Position numbers and translations under genes: made by a program. The notes beneath the pieces are model-generated. The model was not told the origin of the DNA. It saw nothing but the letters and a program-made list of their open reading frames with translations, and made no database searches. Below, piece by piece: positions 8,726-19,059 of a stretch of 64,000 nt of DNA; position 1 is the stretch's first letter; each line of letters opens with the position of its first letter. Source of the DNA: Dehalococcoidia bacterium (lineage in GTDB: Bacteria > Chloroflexota > Dehalococcoidia > GIF9 > UBA5629); contig JBEKIW010000001.1 in assembly GCA_050011565.1 (NCBI GenBank), forward strand, positions 288,001 to 352,000, given 5' to 3'.

Positions 8726-9559
8726 ATGGTCAAACTGGTTACTGATAGCGCGTCTGATTTACCACCTGAAGTTGTGAAAGAGCTGGAAATTACAGTGGTT
8801 CCGTTGCATATTCAATTCGGCAGCGAGACCTATAAAGATAGGGTTGATCTGAGTCCTGAGAAATTTTACGATAAGCTGGAGCACAGTTCTGTGCTGCCTA
8901 CTACCGCCGCACCCAGCCCAGGCATGTTTTCTGAAGTCTTTGATGATTTGGCTACAAAGTACAGCCAGATTCTAGGCGTGTTTGTATCTCGCAAGTTGAG
9001 TGCCACCTATGACGCGGCACTACAGGGTATCAAGCTAATGAAAAGAAAATGCGAGGTTGAGGTTGCTGATTCCACGCTCGGCATAATGGGGGAAGGATTA
9101 TTGGTTATGGAGGCGGCTAAAAAAGCGATAGCCGGAGCCAGCCTCAACGAACTAATAAATTTAATATCAGATACTATCCCTCGAATACATGTCCGGGTGA
9201 CTCTCGATACGCTGGAATATTTAGCCAGGGGAGGTCGTATCGGCAGGGTGCAGGCTTTCCTGGGTGCCATGCTCAGGATGAATCCGATAATCGGCTTAAA
9301 AGACGGTGTGGCTTTTCCTGCTGCCAGGGTGCGTTCCAGAGCCAAGGCTACCGAATGGCTTTTTGAGTTTGCAGAGAAGTTCAGCAAGGTGAAAGCGCTG
9401 GCTGTAGAGTACGGAACTAACGTGGATGAGGCAAAGACTTTTGCCAGGCGCATGGCTTCCGTATTTCCAAAAGCCTCAATCTATTTGTCGAATGTTAGTC
9501 CTGTCATTGGCACGCATACCGGCCCCAATCTTTTAAGTGTGACTGTCCTGGAAGGGTAG
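8726..9559 (+). CDS. degV: DegV/FakB fatty-acid-binding protein
   Basis: VTDSASDL, PTTAAPSPG, SRKLSATY, LARGGRIG and IGTHTGP motifs. Confidence 0.92.
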   Translation: MVKLVTDSASDLPPEVVKELEITVVPLHIQFGSETYKDRVDLSPEKFYDKLEHSSVLPTTAAPSPGMFSEVFDDLATKYSQILGVFVSRKLSATYDAALQGIKLMKRKCEVEVADSTLGIMGEGLLVMEAAKKAIAGASLNELINLISDTIPRIHVRVTLDTLEYLARGGRIGRVQAFLGAMLRMNPIIGLKDGVAFPAARVRSRAKATEWLFEFAEKFSKVKALAVEYGTNVDEAKTFARRMASVFPKASIYLSNVSPVIGTHTGPNLLSVTVLEG

Positions 9560-9659
9560 TAGTTGGCTACGAGTTTCTTTGCCATGTTTCCAGAATTTGT
9601 AATCCTTAGGAAATCGCACCCTCATTTGGTTTCTCACTCATATGCTTGCCCTATTCGGT

Positions 9660-9983
9660 TTAAGCGGGAACTTTATTACGGATTTGCTTAACTTTTGTTC
9701 GTGCCTCGATAGAAATATCTAAGTCAAGAGCATTTGCAACTTTAAAAAACGTACTCAGACTGATATTGCAATCACCCTTTTCCAATCTAGATATGGCTGG
9801 TTGTTTTGTTCCAATAAGATCTGCAAGTTGTTTTTGACTAATACGCAATTGATTTCTGCGTTCTATCAAACTTCGTATCATGTCATATTTAGGACGCAAG
9901 GCCTCGTACGCTTTGCTAATTCCTGGTCTTTCAAGTAATTCTGCCTCAAAGTCTTCATATCTTGTGCCTTTTTTGTTCGCCAT
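9660..9983 (-). CDS. XRE-family HTH antitoxin (HigA-like)
   Basis: ISQKQLADLIGTKQPAISRLEKG HTH; downstream of a RelE-like gene. Confidence 0.85.
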   Translation of the reverse strand: MANKKGTRYEDFEAELLERPGISKAYEALRPKYDMIRSLIERRNQLRISQKQLADLIGTKQPAISRLEKGDCNISLSTFFKVANALDLDISIEARTKVKQIRNKVPA

Positions 9984-10060
9984 TGTTGTACCTTTCTATT
10001 TAACGTTTAATAACATTATATAACATTACATATTATATTATAACACATATGTTATATATG

Positions 10061-10408
10061 TCAAGACCTTAATTTATGATTTTTCATTCTTTGTGTTGCT
10101 ATCTTTTTATCGCCTTCTGGTATTTTGTTCCCCTTTTTCATAATAGCATGCAATAATACAAACGTGCGTCCTGTGTGAGCAAAGAAAAAAATACGATATA
10201 TATCCGAACTGTGTTTGATTCTAATTTCCCTAATACCGGATTTATCCACTTTGGTTACATAAGGACTTCCCAGCATAATGTTGAATTGTCTCAATAACTT
10301 GAATACATGTAAAATTTCTGCTATCGCCCCATCAGATTGCCCTAAAATGGAATCTTTTACAGGCTCGCTACCATCATCATCAATATAGAATACAACCTGC
10401 CAATCCAT
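10061..10408 (-). CDS. RelE/HigB-like toxin (Gp49/DUF891 type)
   Basis: WQVVFY..GSEPVKD, IREIRI, YRIFFF..FVLLHAIMKK; toxin-first order; AT-rich. Confidence 0.85.
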   Translation of the reverse strand: MDWQVVFYIDDDGSEPVKDSILGQSDGAIAEILHVFKLLRQFNIMLGSPYVTKVDKSGIREIRIKHSSDIYRIFFFAHTGRTFVLLHAIMKKGNKIPEGDKKIATQRMKNHKLRS

Positions 10409-10530
10409 ATGTGTGCATTATACAATATCATGTTTTAAAGTTGAATATAACCTTATGTCCAAATTGGCCCACTACCCAGCGATTGTTAGGGATGGGACCT
10501 CGTGATATACTGGGGCAATCATGGAGAAAT

Positions 10531-11733
10531 ATGTCGCTGGACCTGTCTAAATTAGTCGGTCAGATTGTAGATTTAGCCGCCAGCTTGAAGTCGAAGGCGG
10601 GGGAAAAACAGGCTAAGCTTGAATTCGCCTTGAAGACTTTTAAGTCTTGTGCTGCTGATATTAACGGTTTAAAACAGAAGGTTGAGGCGGGCAAGACCAC
10701 CTGGCTGGTAGCCGGTCTAAAGGAAAGTATCGACCTCGCGCAGACGGCGCCAGGCTGCCCCGGTGATTTTATAATTTTGGCCAGCGATGGTTCTCACATC
10801 GATGTTGACCGCCACCAGTCGGCTCACTGCTTTCTTATCAACATCGGCGTGGCCCAGCTGCAGTACGGTCCAAATCCTGATGCTCAGCTCTTGAACTTTC
10901 CATCCCTGTATTTCAAAGATGGAGAGGTGGCTATTACCTCCGCCGACGGCCGCCAGATGCCGATAGAGGGGCAGCTTCTGGGTATAAAGCGCGGTATAGA
11001 GGAATGCCGCTGGCTGGCTGAGCGGATAAAGGAATTGGATGCAGATTTACCTTTGGTGGCGCTGCTTGACGGCTCCCTGATTTTGTGGCGCCTGGCTGAG
11101 CAGGTCTACCCCGATTTTGTTATCCGTGAGCTTTTGATAGACGGCTTTTTAAAATACTTTAGCCAGTTAAAAGAGCTTAACCGGCGTCGGCAGCTGGCTG
11201 TAGCCAGTTATATCAGTTTTCCCCGCAGCACCGAGGTGGTTAATCTGCTGCGTCTGGCTATCTGTCCGCACCAACAGGTAGACTGCGACCGCTATTGCTC
11301 GGGCAAGTTTGAAGGCAGAGAATGTGATGTTGTGGGCGGCTTGCTCGACCGTGACCTTTTTGCCCGGCTGTTAGCCCCCGGGCAGCGGTCGGCCTTATTT
11401 AGCAGCCGCTCTTCAGTCGTTGTTAAATACTACGGAGCTAATGAGATCAACTTTTTCTACGTCAGGCTAGATGGGGAAGTAGCCCGAGTAGAAGTTCCGC
11501 TATGGGTAGCTGAAAATGAGAAACTGGTTGAGCTGATTCATTCCACAATTTTAGACCAATGCCGGCGAGGATTAGGTTACCCGGTTGCACTGAGCGAAGC
11601 GCATGAGCAAGCGGTGGTGAACGCTGCTGACCGGGAGCAGTTCTGGGAACTGGTGAACCAGATTCTTGTTGAGGATGGAATTTTTCTGGAGAGCTCGGCT
11701 AAGAGTGAAAGCAAGAGAGCGAGATGGATATAA
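10531..11733 (+). CDS. nurA: NurA-family nuclease
   Basis: ASDGSHI, LLDGSLI, RVEVP and GYPVALSEAHEQAVV motifs. Start moved to ATG 10531 (GGAG RBS; TGaTATACT extended -10 upstream). Confidence 0.88.
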   Translation: MSLDLSKLVGQIVDLAASLKSKAGEKQAKLEFALKTFKSCAADINGLKQKVEAGKTTWLVAGLKESIDLAQTAPGCPGDFIILASDGSHIDVDRHQSAHCFLINIGVAQLQYGPNPDAQLLNFPSLYFKDGEVAITSADGRQMPIEGQLLGIKRGIEECRWLAERIKELDADLPLVALLDGSLILWRLAEQVYPDFVIRELLIDGFLKYFSQLKELNRRRQLAVASYISFPRSTEVVNLLRLAICPHQQVDCDRYCSGKFEGRECDVVGGLLDRDLFARLLAPGQRSALFSSRSSVVVKYYGANEINFFYVRLDGEVARVEVPLWVAENEKLVELIHSTILDQCRRGLGYPVALSEAHEQAVVNAADREQFWELVNQILVEDGIFLESSAKSESKRARWI

Positions 11734-11767
11734 AGAAAAATAAAAAGTTAAAAACCAAAGGTAAAAA

Positions 11768-12358
11768 ATGGATAAGGTGAGTAAAATAGGGGAGGTTGTT
11801 GAGGCCGGCAGCGCCGAGTTTATAGCTCAATGTTATAAGCTCAACCAGGCGCCGCCTCTGGGCAGTCTGGTGAAAACGCAGGACAAGCTTATTGAAATCT
11901 ATGGCGTTGTCTATAATGTAGAGACTCACAGCCTTGAGCCGGGGCGGCGTGTGGTGGCTAGAGGCGAGAATCTGGAGGCGGAGGAGGAGATTTTTGCGGC
12001 CAATCCGCAGCTATCCAGGCTTTTAACAACGGATTTCAGAGTCCTGATAGTAGGGCATGTCGAAGGGAAAAGCTGGCATCACTATCTGCCGCCGAAATCT
12101 GCTTCCATTCATAGCTTTGTCTAGACCTGTCGGCTTGAAGAAGTCAGGGCGTTTACGCAGTCATTAGATTTTCTCAGTTTGATTGTGAATGCTAGAATAC
12201 CTGTCCCGGTTGATGAGGTCGCCGGTGCTTGTCTTCGTTACGCCAGCCGGGCCCATGGTGACCCCAATGCTTTTCTGGTCAAAGCCGGTAAAGAGCTGGC
12301 CCGTATGCTGAGCCGCGATGTCAATAGATTGAATTCGCTTCTAAAGAGGCTTAAGTAA
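11768..12358 (+). pseudogene. HAS-barrel protein of the nurA-herA operon, interrupted by one in-frame TAG (12122-12124)
   Basis: The frame continues 77 codons past the TAG (TCRLEEVRAFTQSLDFLSLIVNAR...LLKRLK) and ends in TAA overlapping the herA ATG (TAATG). Confidence 0.75.
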
Positions 12359-13989
12359 TGACAGACCAAAGCTCCGAAGAGCAGACCCGTTTAGGCGTTG
12401 TGGTTTCCGGTTCCCTTACCCGGGGTGTGGAGGTCAGGCTTGATGCACCGGTTTCAGTAGAGGACATGGCAGTGGGTCGGTACGTGGCCATCGAAGGGGC
12501 AAAGCACCGTTTCTTCGGCATGATTACCGATGTCAGCCTGGAGACTATCGACCCGAGTGTAGCCATAACACCGCCTGATATCTCCGACCCATTTATTGCT
12601 CAGGTAGTCACCGGCACCACTACTTACGGTAAGCTTCGGGTGTTGCCCATGTTGACGATAGGTGGTGATGCCGCCAGCATACTTGAGGGGCCTCAACCGG
12701 CGAAGACGGTGCCGGCACATTTCTCGGCAGTGAAGCTGGCTTCCCAGCGTGATGTTGAGATAGTTTTCGGTGCTGAAGATGAAAAGCGGTTTTATGTAGG
12801 AACACCGTTGGATATGGAGACCAAGGTCTGCCTTGATATCCCGGAATTTGTTAAGCGTTCCAATGGAGTTTTCGGCAAGAGCGGTACGGGCAAGACCTTT
12901 CTTACCCGTTTGCTACTTATTGGTATGCTGCAAAAAAATGCAGCGGTCAGCCTGGTCTTCGACATGCACAGCGAGTATGGTTGGGAAGGTAAAACAGAGA
13001 AAGGTTACAAAGTAAAGGGTTTAAAGCAACTATTTCCGTCGAAAGTGGCAATTTTTACTTTGGATGAGGAAAGCTCTAAACGCAGAAGAGTTAGCACCGA
13101 TGTCGTGGTCAGGATAGGTTATGACGAAATCGAGCCTGAAGACATTGAATTACTCCGGCAGACGCTGAACCTTACCGAAGTTTCGGCTCAAACGGTCTAT
13201 CAACTGGCGCGGGAGTTCGGCGATAGAAAATGGCTGGAGACCGTGCTGAATTTGAACGAAGAAGACGGTAAGCAATTAATTTCCAGACTGAATATTCATG
13301 ACAGCACCTATCGTAATTTACGGCGCGGACTGGAGAACTTGCGGCGTTTTTCTTTTTTGGTACCACGTGCACGCGAAAATTCAGTCCAGCGCATACTGGA
13401 ATATTTAGACAGGGGCATAAATGTAATACTTGAATTCGGCAGATTTGATGACTTTGCTGCTTATATTCTGGTGGCTAATCTACTGAGCCGGAGAATACAT
13501 GCAAAATATCGGGAGAACGCAGAGCGGGAAATGGGTGGAGAGGTGGCGCCGTCCCACCCTCTGGTTATCACTATTGAAGAAGCCCATCGCTTTCTTAATC
13601 CTGAATTTTCATCTCAAACCATCTTCGGCAGAATCGCCCGGGAGATGAGGAAATACAATGTTACTTTGCTCGTAATCGACCAGCGCCCCAGCGGTATAGA
13701 CGGCGAAATCATGTCGCAATTAGGAACGAAGATAACCTGCCTTCTGGATGATGAGCGGGACCTCGACAGCGTGCTCACAGGTACGTCGGGCAAAAGCGAG
13801 TTAAAATCGGTATTATCCAAGTTGGAGACCAAGCAACAGGCGCTTATCTTCGGCCACGCTGTACCTATGCCGGTGGTTATTAAGACTCGAGAGTATGGCA
13901 CTGCCGAGTCTTACAAAGAGCTTGGTTTTCTTGAAGCCGCCGAGCTGAAAAAGAAAACAGAAAAAGATATGGAAGATTTATGGGAATAA
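12358..13989 (+). CDS. herA: HerA-family ATPase/helicase (HAS barrel + DUF87)
   Basis: Walker A GKSGTGKT, FDMHSEY, Walker B IEEAHRF, IAREMRKY and DQRPS. Confidence 0.92.
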   Translation: MTDQSSEEQTRLGVVVSGSLTRGVEVRLDAPVSVEDMAVGRYVAIEGAKHRFFGMITDVSLETIDPSVAITPPDISDPFIAQVVTGTTTYGKLRVLPMLTIGGDAASILEGPQPAKTVPAHFSAVKLASQRDVEIVFGAEDEKRFYVGTPLDMETKVCLDIPEFVKRSNGVFGKSGTGKTFLTRLLLIGMLQKNAAVSLVFDMHSEYGWEGKTEKGYKVKGLKQLFPSKVAIFTLDEESSKRRRVSTDVVVRIGYDEIEPEDIELLRQTLNLTEVSAQTVYQLAREFGDRKWLETVLNLNEEDGKQLISRLNIHDSTYRNLRRGLENLRRFSFLVPRARENSVQRILEYLDRGINVILEFGRFDDFAAYILVANLLSRRIHAKYRENAEREMGGEVAPSHPLVITIEEAHRFLNPEFSSQTIFGRIAREMRKYNVTLLVIDQRPSGIDGEIMSQLGTKITCLLDDERDLDSVLTGTSGKSELKSVLSKLETKQQALIFGHAVPMPVVIKTREYGTAESYKELGFLEAAELKKKTEKDMEDLWE

Positions 13990-13999
13990 AGGAATTTGC

Positions 14000-14434
14000 C
14001 TAGGTGCGTGGGGCCGGCCCTCTGCCAATCTTCATTTGACCCCTGTAATACAGCGAATAGATTTGGTCTATCATCTGATTCCAGGCTTTTTCACCCTTAT
14101 GCTTTCGTAGAGCCAAGCTATAGACTTTGATGTTGTGAGGCAAACTTTCTGCCCTGTCAGAGCAAGGCAAAAGTTTGGAGCAGGGAAATTCCGAACAGTC
14201 ACAACAGAAGTCCACGCCTTTCTCTTGGGCGCAGACAAAAGTGGCACACTGTTCGCCTATGACAGGGCAGTGGCCCTCGACGCCTCGGCATCCCGGGCAC
14301 GTAGCTTTTTCCGGAGGGATATTCATACGTTGTGCCAGAGTGTCTCTCAATTTCTCATCTGACAACGCTTTATACAACGGACACATGCCGCAGTGAATCC
14401 CGCACGGTGCTGCCAGTCCAGCTTGTTCAGTCAT
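14000..14434 (-). CDS. DUF3795-like Cys-rich protein
   Basis: APCGIHCGMC...CPGCR...C..CxxCxEFPC pattern. Confidence 0.8.
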   Translation of the reverse strand: MTEQAGLAAPCGIHCGMCPLYKALSDEKLRDTLAQRMNIPPEKATCPGCRGVEGHCPVIGEQCATFVCAQEKGVDFCCDCSEFPCSKLLPCSDRAESLPHNIKVYSLALRKHKGEKAWNQMIDQIYSLYYRGQMKIGRGPAPRT

Positions 14435-16022
14435 TTACAATTACCTCCTTCAATGTGGGAATACCCTGAATGTCCAGTTTGTAGTTCTTGACATAAGGTT
14501 TTACCAGAAGATAAGTCTTTCCGAACCACAGAGGCAGGCAGGCGGCTTCGTCTACTATTTTTTGCTCTGCTTGCTGGTACAGGGAAAATCTAGTGGTCTC
14601 ATTCTGTTCGATGCCGGCCTGGTCAAGCAAAGCGTCTACCTGCGGGTTGCTGTAATTACCGGTGTTATATTCGGCACCGGTGTGGAATAGTATATCCAGG
14701 AAGTTCTGCGGGTCGGGATAGTCAGCAATCCAACCGCTGACATACATCTGGTCCGCCTCTTGTCTTAAGAAATAGGAGAATATCTCCGGCTCAAGCTGCC
14801 TAACGCTTACTTCGACACCAAGGTTTTCCCGCCAGTCCTGGAGTATGGCTCCTAAATATTCCGGTATATTACCGCCTAATCCCGAGTCGGTCAGCGTGAT
14901 AGGTGGCAGATTGGAAACACTGCCGTATTTTGAACTGGCGATCAGGCTTTTAGCCCTGGCTACATCATAGGTAAGGCCTTGTAGTTTCTCGTTATAGCCG
15001 GGCATGCTCGGTGGCAGTATGCCGTCAGCTTTGGTCATCACGTCTTTGATGATTATCTTGATGATTCGCTCTTTGTTCACTGCGCAGCAAAAAGCGCGCC
15101 GGATATTGACATCATCAAAGGGGGGCTTCTGCGTATTGAAACCTATGTAAAAGAAACTCAACTCGGGGAATGTGGTTAATTCACTGTAAAACGGACCGCG
15201 TTTATCCGTTGCCCTCTCTATATTATACTCATCGACTTGAGCCACATCGATTTCGCCCATTTCATACAATGACACAGGAATACCGGCAAGGAGATGAAAA
15301 ACTACCTTGACAGTAGCCGGTTGATTATAATAAAACTCATTCGGCTCCAACACTAACGTGTCATCCTTTTTCCATTCCATAAGCTTGAATGGGCCGGTCC
15401 CGTTTGGCTTCATCCACCAGTCTTTGCCAGATTCCACATTAGCTTTATCGACAACAAACGCGGTAGGGTAGGTCAGCTTGGCCAGAAAATAGACCTTGGG
15501 TGCATCGATGGTGACCTTCAACGTGTAGTCATCGATAACCTCGACGCCGCTGATTGCCGTAGCTTTGCCCGCCAACATATCTTTCACCCCGATGATATCG
15601 CCTAAATAAGTAGCTGCTGTCTGTGAGTTGGTTTCAGGAAGGCAGGCCCTTTCCCATGAATATTTAAAGTCGCGCGCCGTAACCTCCTTACCATCCTGGA
15701 ACTTTATTCCCTGGCGCAAGTAAAAAGTGTAAGTCTGGCCGCCATTGCTTATTTGCCACCTTTCAGCGATGTCAGGCACAGGTTCTGCCTCAGCACCGAG
15801 ACGGGCTAGGCCGCTGAAGATTTGCATAACATAGGTTTGTGAAGTTGCCTCACTGGATATTGCAGGGTCAAGGGTTATCGGGCCGCTATCCCAGAGGTTG
15901 AGAGCTCCCTTTTCTCGAATAGATGTTGGTGTTGTCCCTGGCTGGCATTTAATGACAAAGGGCAAGGCAACAAGAAAACAAATAATAGCGCCGAGCAGTG
16001 TAAAATACCATATCTTTTTCAT
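14427..16022 (-). CDS. Peptide/nickel ABC transporter substrate-binding protein (family 5)
   Basis: TLDPA, YTFYLRQGIKFQDG, PNGTGPFKL and GWIADYPDP motifs. Confidence 0.92.
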   Translation of the reverse strand: MKKIWYFTLLGAIICFLVALPFVIKCQPGTTPTSIREKGALNLWDSGPITLDPAISSEATSQTYVMQIFSGLARLGAEAEPVPDIAERWQISNGGQTYTFYLRQGIKFQDGKEVTARDFKYSWERACLPETNSQTAATYLGDIIGVKDMLAGKATAISGVEVIDDYTLKVTIDAPKVYFLAKLTYPTAFVVDKANVESGKDWWMKPNGTGPFKLMEWKKDDTLVLEPNEFYYNQPATVKVVFHLLAGIPVSLYEMGEIDVAQVDEYNIERATDKRGPFYSELTTFPELSFFYIGFNTQKPPFDDVNIRRAFCCAVNKERIIKIIIKDVMTKADGILPPSMPGYNEKLQGLTYDVARAKSLIASSKYGSVSNLPPITLTDSGLGGNIPEYLGAILQDWRENLGVEVSVRQLEPEIFSYFLRQEADQMYVSGWIADYPDPQNFLDILFHTGAEYNTGNYSNPQVDALLDQAGIEQNETTRFSLYQQAEQKIVDEAACLPLWFGKTYLLVKPYVKNYKLDIQGIPTLKEVIVND

Positions 16023-16035
16023 TGGTCTTTGAGCC

Positions 16036-16725
16036 TCATACTAGATTTTTCGCTTTCATGCTTAGATGTTCACTATCGCAGATAATTATATGGTCGAGGA
16101 CTTCGATGCCTATTATTTCACCGGCTTCAATGAGGCGTTTAGTCATCTTGATGTCGTCTTCTGATGGCGTTGGGTCGCCCGAGGGATGGTTATGTATAAA
16201 GATAACTGAAGCGGCGCTGGAAGAGATCGCGTCCTTAAACACTTCACGCGGATGCACTATACTGCAATCAAGGCTGCCTATGGAGACGGTACTGGTTTTT
16301 ATCAAATGATTTCTGGTATCCAGGCAGATTACAAGAAAATGTTCCTTCTTCTTACCTTTCAGCAGGTTTCTAGCCGTTTTTACAACATCCTCAGGGGATT
16401 TAACTGTTATTTTCGTGGTTTCGCTTGAGGAATTTTCCAGCCGTTTGCTCAACTCAAAGGTGGCTTTGATTTGAGCGGCTTTTGCCGGGCCGATACCTTT
16501 TATTTGTGTCAGCTCTTCAATGGAGGCAGAAGCCAGATTCTTAAGGTTGCCGAATCTGCTTAGCAGTTTTTGGGCGGTGACAATTACCGATTCGCCTTTG
16601 ATTCCTCGACCAAGAATCAAGGCTAGAATCTCCTGGCTGGAGAGAGCTTCACTGCCAAGCTTTGATAACCTCTCCCTGGGCCGTTCTGAGAGAGGCAGGT
16701 CGTGCACAGTGAAAGAGTTCTTCAA
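16036..16725 (-). CDS. radC: RadC (HhH + JAB domain)
   Basis: ERPRERL, GIGPAKA, VHPREVF, HNHPSGDPTPS.ED and LDHII motifs. Confidence 0.95.
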   Translation of the reverse strand: MKNSFTVHDLPLSERPRERLSKLGSEALSSQEILALILGRGIKGESVIVTAQKLLSRFGNLKNLASASIEELTQIKGIGPAKAAQIKATFELSKRLENSSSETTKITVKSPEDVVKTARNLLKGKKKEHFLVICLDTRNHLIKTSTVSIGSLDCSIVHPREVFKDAISSSAASVIFIHNHPSGDPTPSEDDIKMTKRLIEAGEIIGIEVLDHIIICDSEHLSMKAKNLV

Positions 16726-17927
16726 TCAACCCCCAATAATGCATCAGCCGTTACCATCTTGCCTGATATCTCGTCCCAGATAGATTTTCCTTTAGCGGCT
16801 TCCCGGAGCGAGTCGAACTTCACTTTAGACTGGCTTGGCACCGGGCTGGTTATATATTTTTGCCATATTGCGTCTAGTCCATCCTGGTCGAAGCCGTAAA
16901 CCTGGGTTAGTGCATCATCGTAGGTGTTGCCTTCTTTGAATAAATTCAATAGCTGAAGCATTTTATCTCTGCCGTAGTTTTGGATGAGGAACCGAATGAG
17001 GCTTTGACTTTCAGCATAGGAGATATAAGCCTCTTCAGGTATGGCTGAAAACGGGCTGGCCAAACTGCGCACGGAAATAAGGTTGTTTTGATCGATTGCC
17101 TTTTGCAGTACCGACTCGAGATAGGCGTCTGGCTCGCCTTCGGCATACATAGCTAAGCCTTCGTCCAACCAAAAAGGTAGATTAGCTCCGTAAGGGCTGA
17201 AAGTTATTTGATGAGTTACCATGTGACCCAGTTCGTGAGCTAAAGCCCCTTTGCCCCAGTCCAATTCGTTTGTAGGAATACCGATGGCGATGATGCCGTA
17301 TTCAGTGAAAGCGACACCACCTGTCCATTCTTGCGGGAAAACCATAGCGCCACGGAGGTCTTCCGTAGTGGCATATATGTATAAGTTAACCGGTTGTTTG
17401 AGATATACGCCGGTGTCTTGGGCCAGTCTATCCAATGCCTGTTGACAGGCAGCCATCAGTTGGTCAACAAAATCTTGGTTACCTTTATACCAGAATAGGC
17501 TAATTTGACCTGAAGTTACTTTCTGCCAGTTATAGCGGAGGTCATCGAAGCGAACTTTTTGGGAGGGGGTAGTCAGACGGTCGCCGGACGTATCTTCAAT
17601 TGTCCACCAGTATGTGACTGTCGCTCCGGCCGGCAGGTTGGCTTTCCTCATATCCCAGACCCATTGTGCCTGTACTTTTGTAGATGGGGTGAATACAGGC
17701 CAGGCCTCGTCGGTTACCGGCGCGTAGTTCATCATGTCAACCTGATAATGCAGGCGCAATTTAATGATATTATTCTGGCTTTGAGCCTTGATGTTGAACG
17801 CCAGTGCGGAGGGAAAATATATCTGCGCCGAGCTGTCAAGCAGTGAAATTCCGTCCTGGGCATGGGTAATGGTTGGCGTAATAACCAGAATAGCGGCCAG
17901 GACTAGCGGAATGAACCATTTAGTCAT
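16722..17927 (-). CDS. Secreted peptidase MA-family (gluzincin-like) metalloprotease
   Basis: Signal peptide; HELGH and WLDEGLAMY motifs. Confidence 0.85.
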   Translation of the reverse strand: MTKWFIPLVLAAILVITPTITHAQDGISLLDSSAQIYFPSALAFNIKAQSQNNIIKLRLHYQVDMMNYAPVTDEAWPVFTPSTKVQAQWVWDMRKANLPAGATVTYWWTIEDTSGDRLTTPSQKVRFDDLRYNWQKVTSGQISLFWYKGNQDFVDQLMAACQQALDRLAQDTGVYLKQPVNLYIYATTEDLRGAMVFPQEWTGGVAFTEYGIIAIGIPTNELDWGKGALAHELGHMVTHQITFSPYGANLPFWLDEGLAMYAEGEPDAYLESVLQKAIDQNNLISVRSLASPFSAIPEEAYISYAESQSLIRFLIQNYGRDKMLQLLNLFKEGNTYDDALTQVYGFDQDGLDAIWQKYITSPVPSQSKVKFDSLREAAKGKSIWDEISGKMVTADALLGVD

Positions 17928-19028
17928 TTTCCCACTCCCAGTTTGTGACGCAGATAGGCGGTGATAAAATCATCCAGTCCTCCATCCAGGACGGCGGTAG
18001 CATTGCCGGTTTCATATTTCGTCCGATGGTCTTTGACCATTTGGTAGGGGTGCAGGACGTAGCTTCGGATCTGGTTGCCCCAGCCGGCTTCAATGCGCTC
18101 ACCCTTAAGTTTGGCTTTTTCAATCTCTTTCTCCTCACGATTCAGTTCAAGAAGCCGGGCGTATAGCACTTTCAGCGCACTTTCCTTGTTCTGTCGCTGA
18201 GAACGTTGACTTTGACAACTTACTACCATCCCTGTGGGAAGATGCGTTATTCTAACAGCACTGCTTGTTTTTTGCATGTGCTGCCCGCCGGGTCCACTCG
18301 ACCTGAAGGTATCTATTTTCAAATCCTCAGCTTTTACTTTGATATCTATTTCCTCCTCGGCTTCAGGAAGGATTTCAACCAGAACGAACGAAGTATGCCG
18401 GGCGTGGTCGGCGTCGAACGGAGACAGGCGAACTAGACGGTGAACCCCATGTTCTGACTTCAAATAACCGTAAGCATAATCTCCTTTAATTTCTACTGTG
18501 GCGCTCTTGATGCCGGCTTCTTCGCCAGTTGAGGTATCCAGTATTTCAGTTTTATATTTATGCTGCTCTGCCCAGCGCAAGTACATCCTGAAAAGCATTT
18601 CTGCCCAGTCCTGGGACTCGGTGCCGCCGGCGCCGGCATGCACAGTCAAGATGGCAGTTCTGGCATCGTATTCTTCGCTCAACAGCAGTCTGGTTTCCAG
18701 TTCATTGAGTTGAGAGGTTATTTCCTCGATATGCTGCTGTATTTCTCCTTGAAGAGACTGGTCGTTTTCTTCGATAGCTAATGTCGTCATGTCAAGAAGT
18801 TCGGTATTTTCTTTCTCCAGTTGACGCCAGGTCTGGACGGTGTTTTTAGCTGCTCCCAGTTGACGCATGATAGACTGCGCCCTGGTTTGGTCTAACCAGA
18901 AGTCTGGCTGTGTGGTCTCAGTCTCCAGCCTGGCGGTTTCCTTTTCCCTGCTTGGAATGTCAAAGACGCACCAGCATATCCGAGATTCGGCGGTTTAGAG
19001 CTTCCAGTTTATCTTTTTCTTCCTGCAT
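17924..19028 (-). CDS. prfB: Peptide chain release factor 2, with programmed +1 frameshift
   Basis: SPF and GGQ motifs. The upstream ORF MQEEKDKLEALNRRISDMLVRL ends CTT TGA C (18965-18959) and joins in +1 to DIPSREKETARLE...PDFW. Confidence 0.96.
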
Positions 19029-19059
19029 GGCTAATAACTCCTATTCTACACTTAGATTA

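Noticed and set aside
10531-13989. HerA-based anti-phage system
   Set aside because: Partners are NurA and a HAS-barrel protein (DNA end-resection type), not Sir2 or DUF4297; base composition looks like core genome.
16036-16725. radC as a mobile-element marker
   Set aside because: Full-length HhH+JAB form embedded in an overlapping housekeeping operon downstream of prfB.
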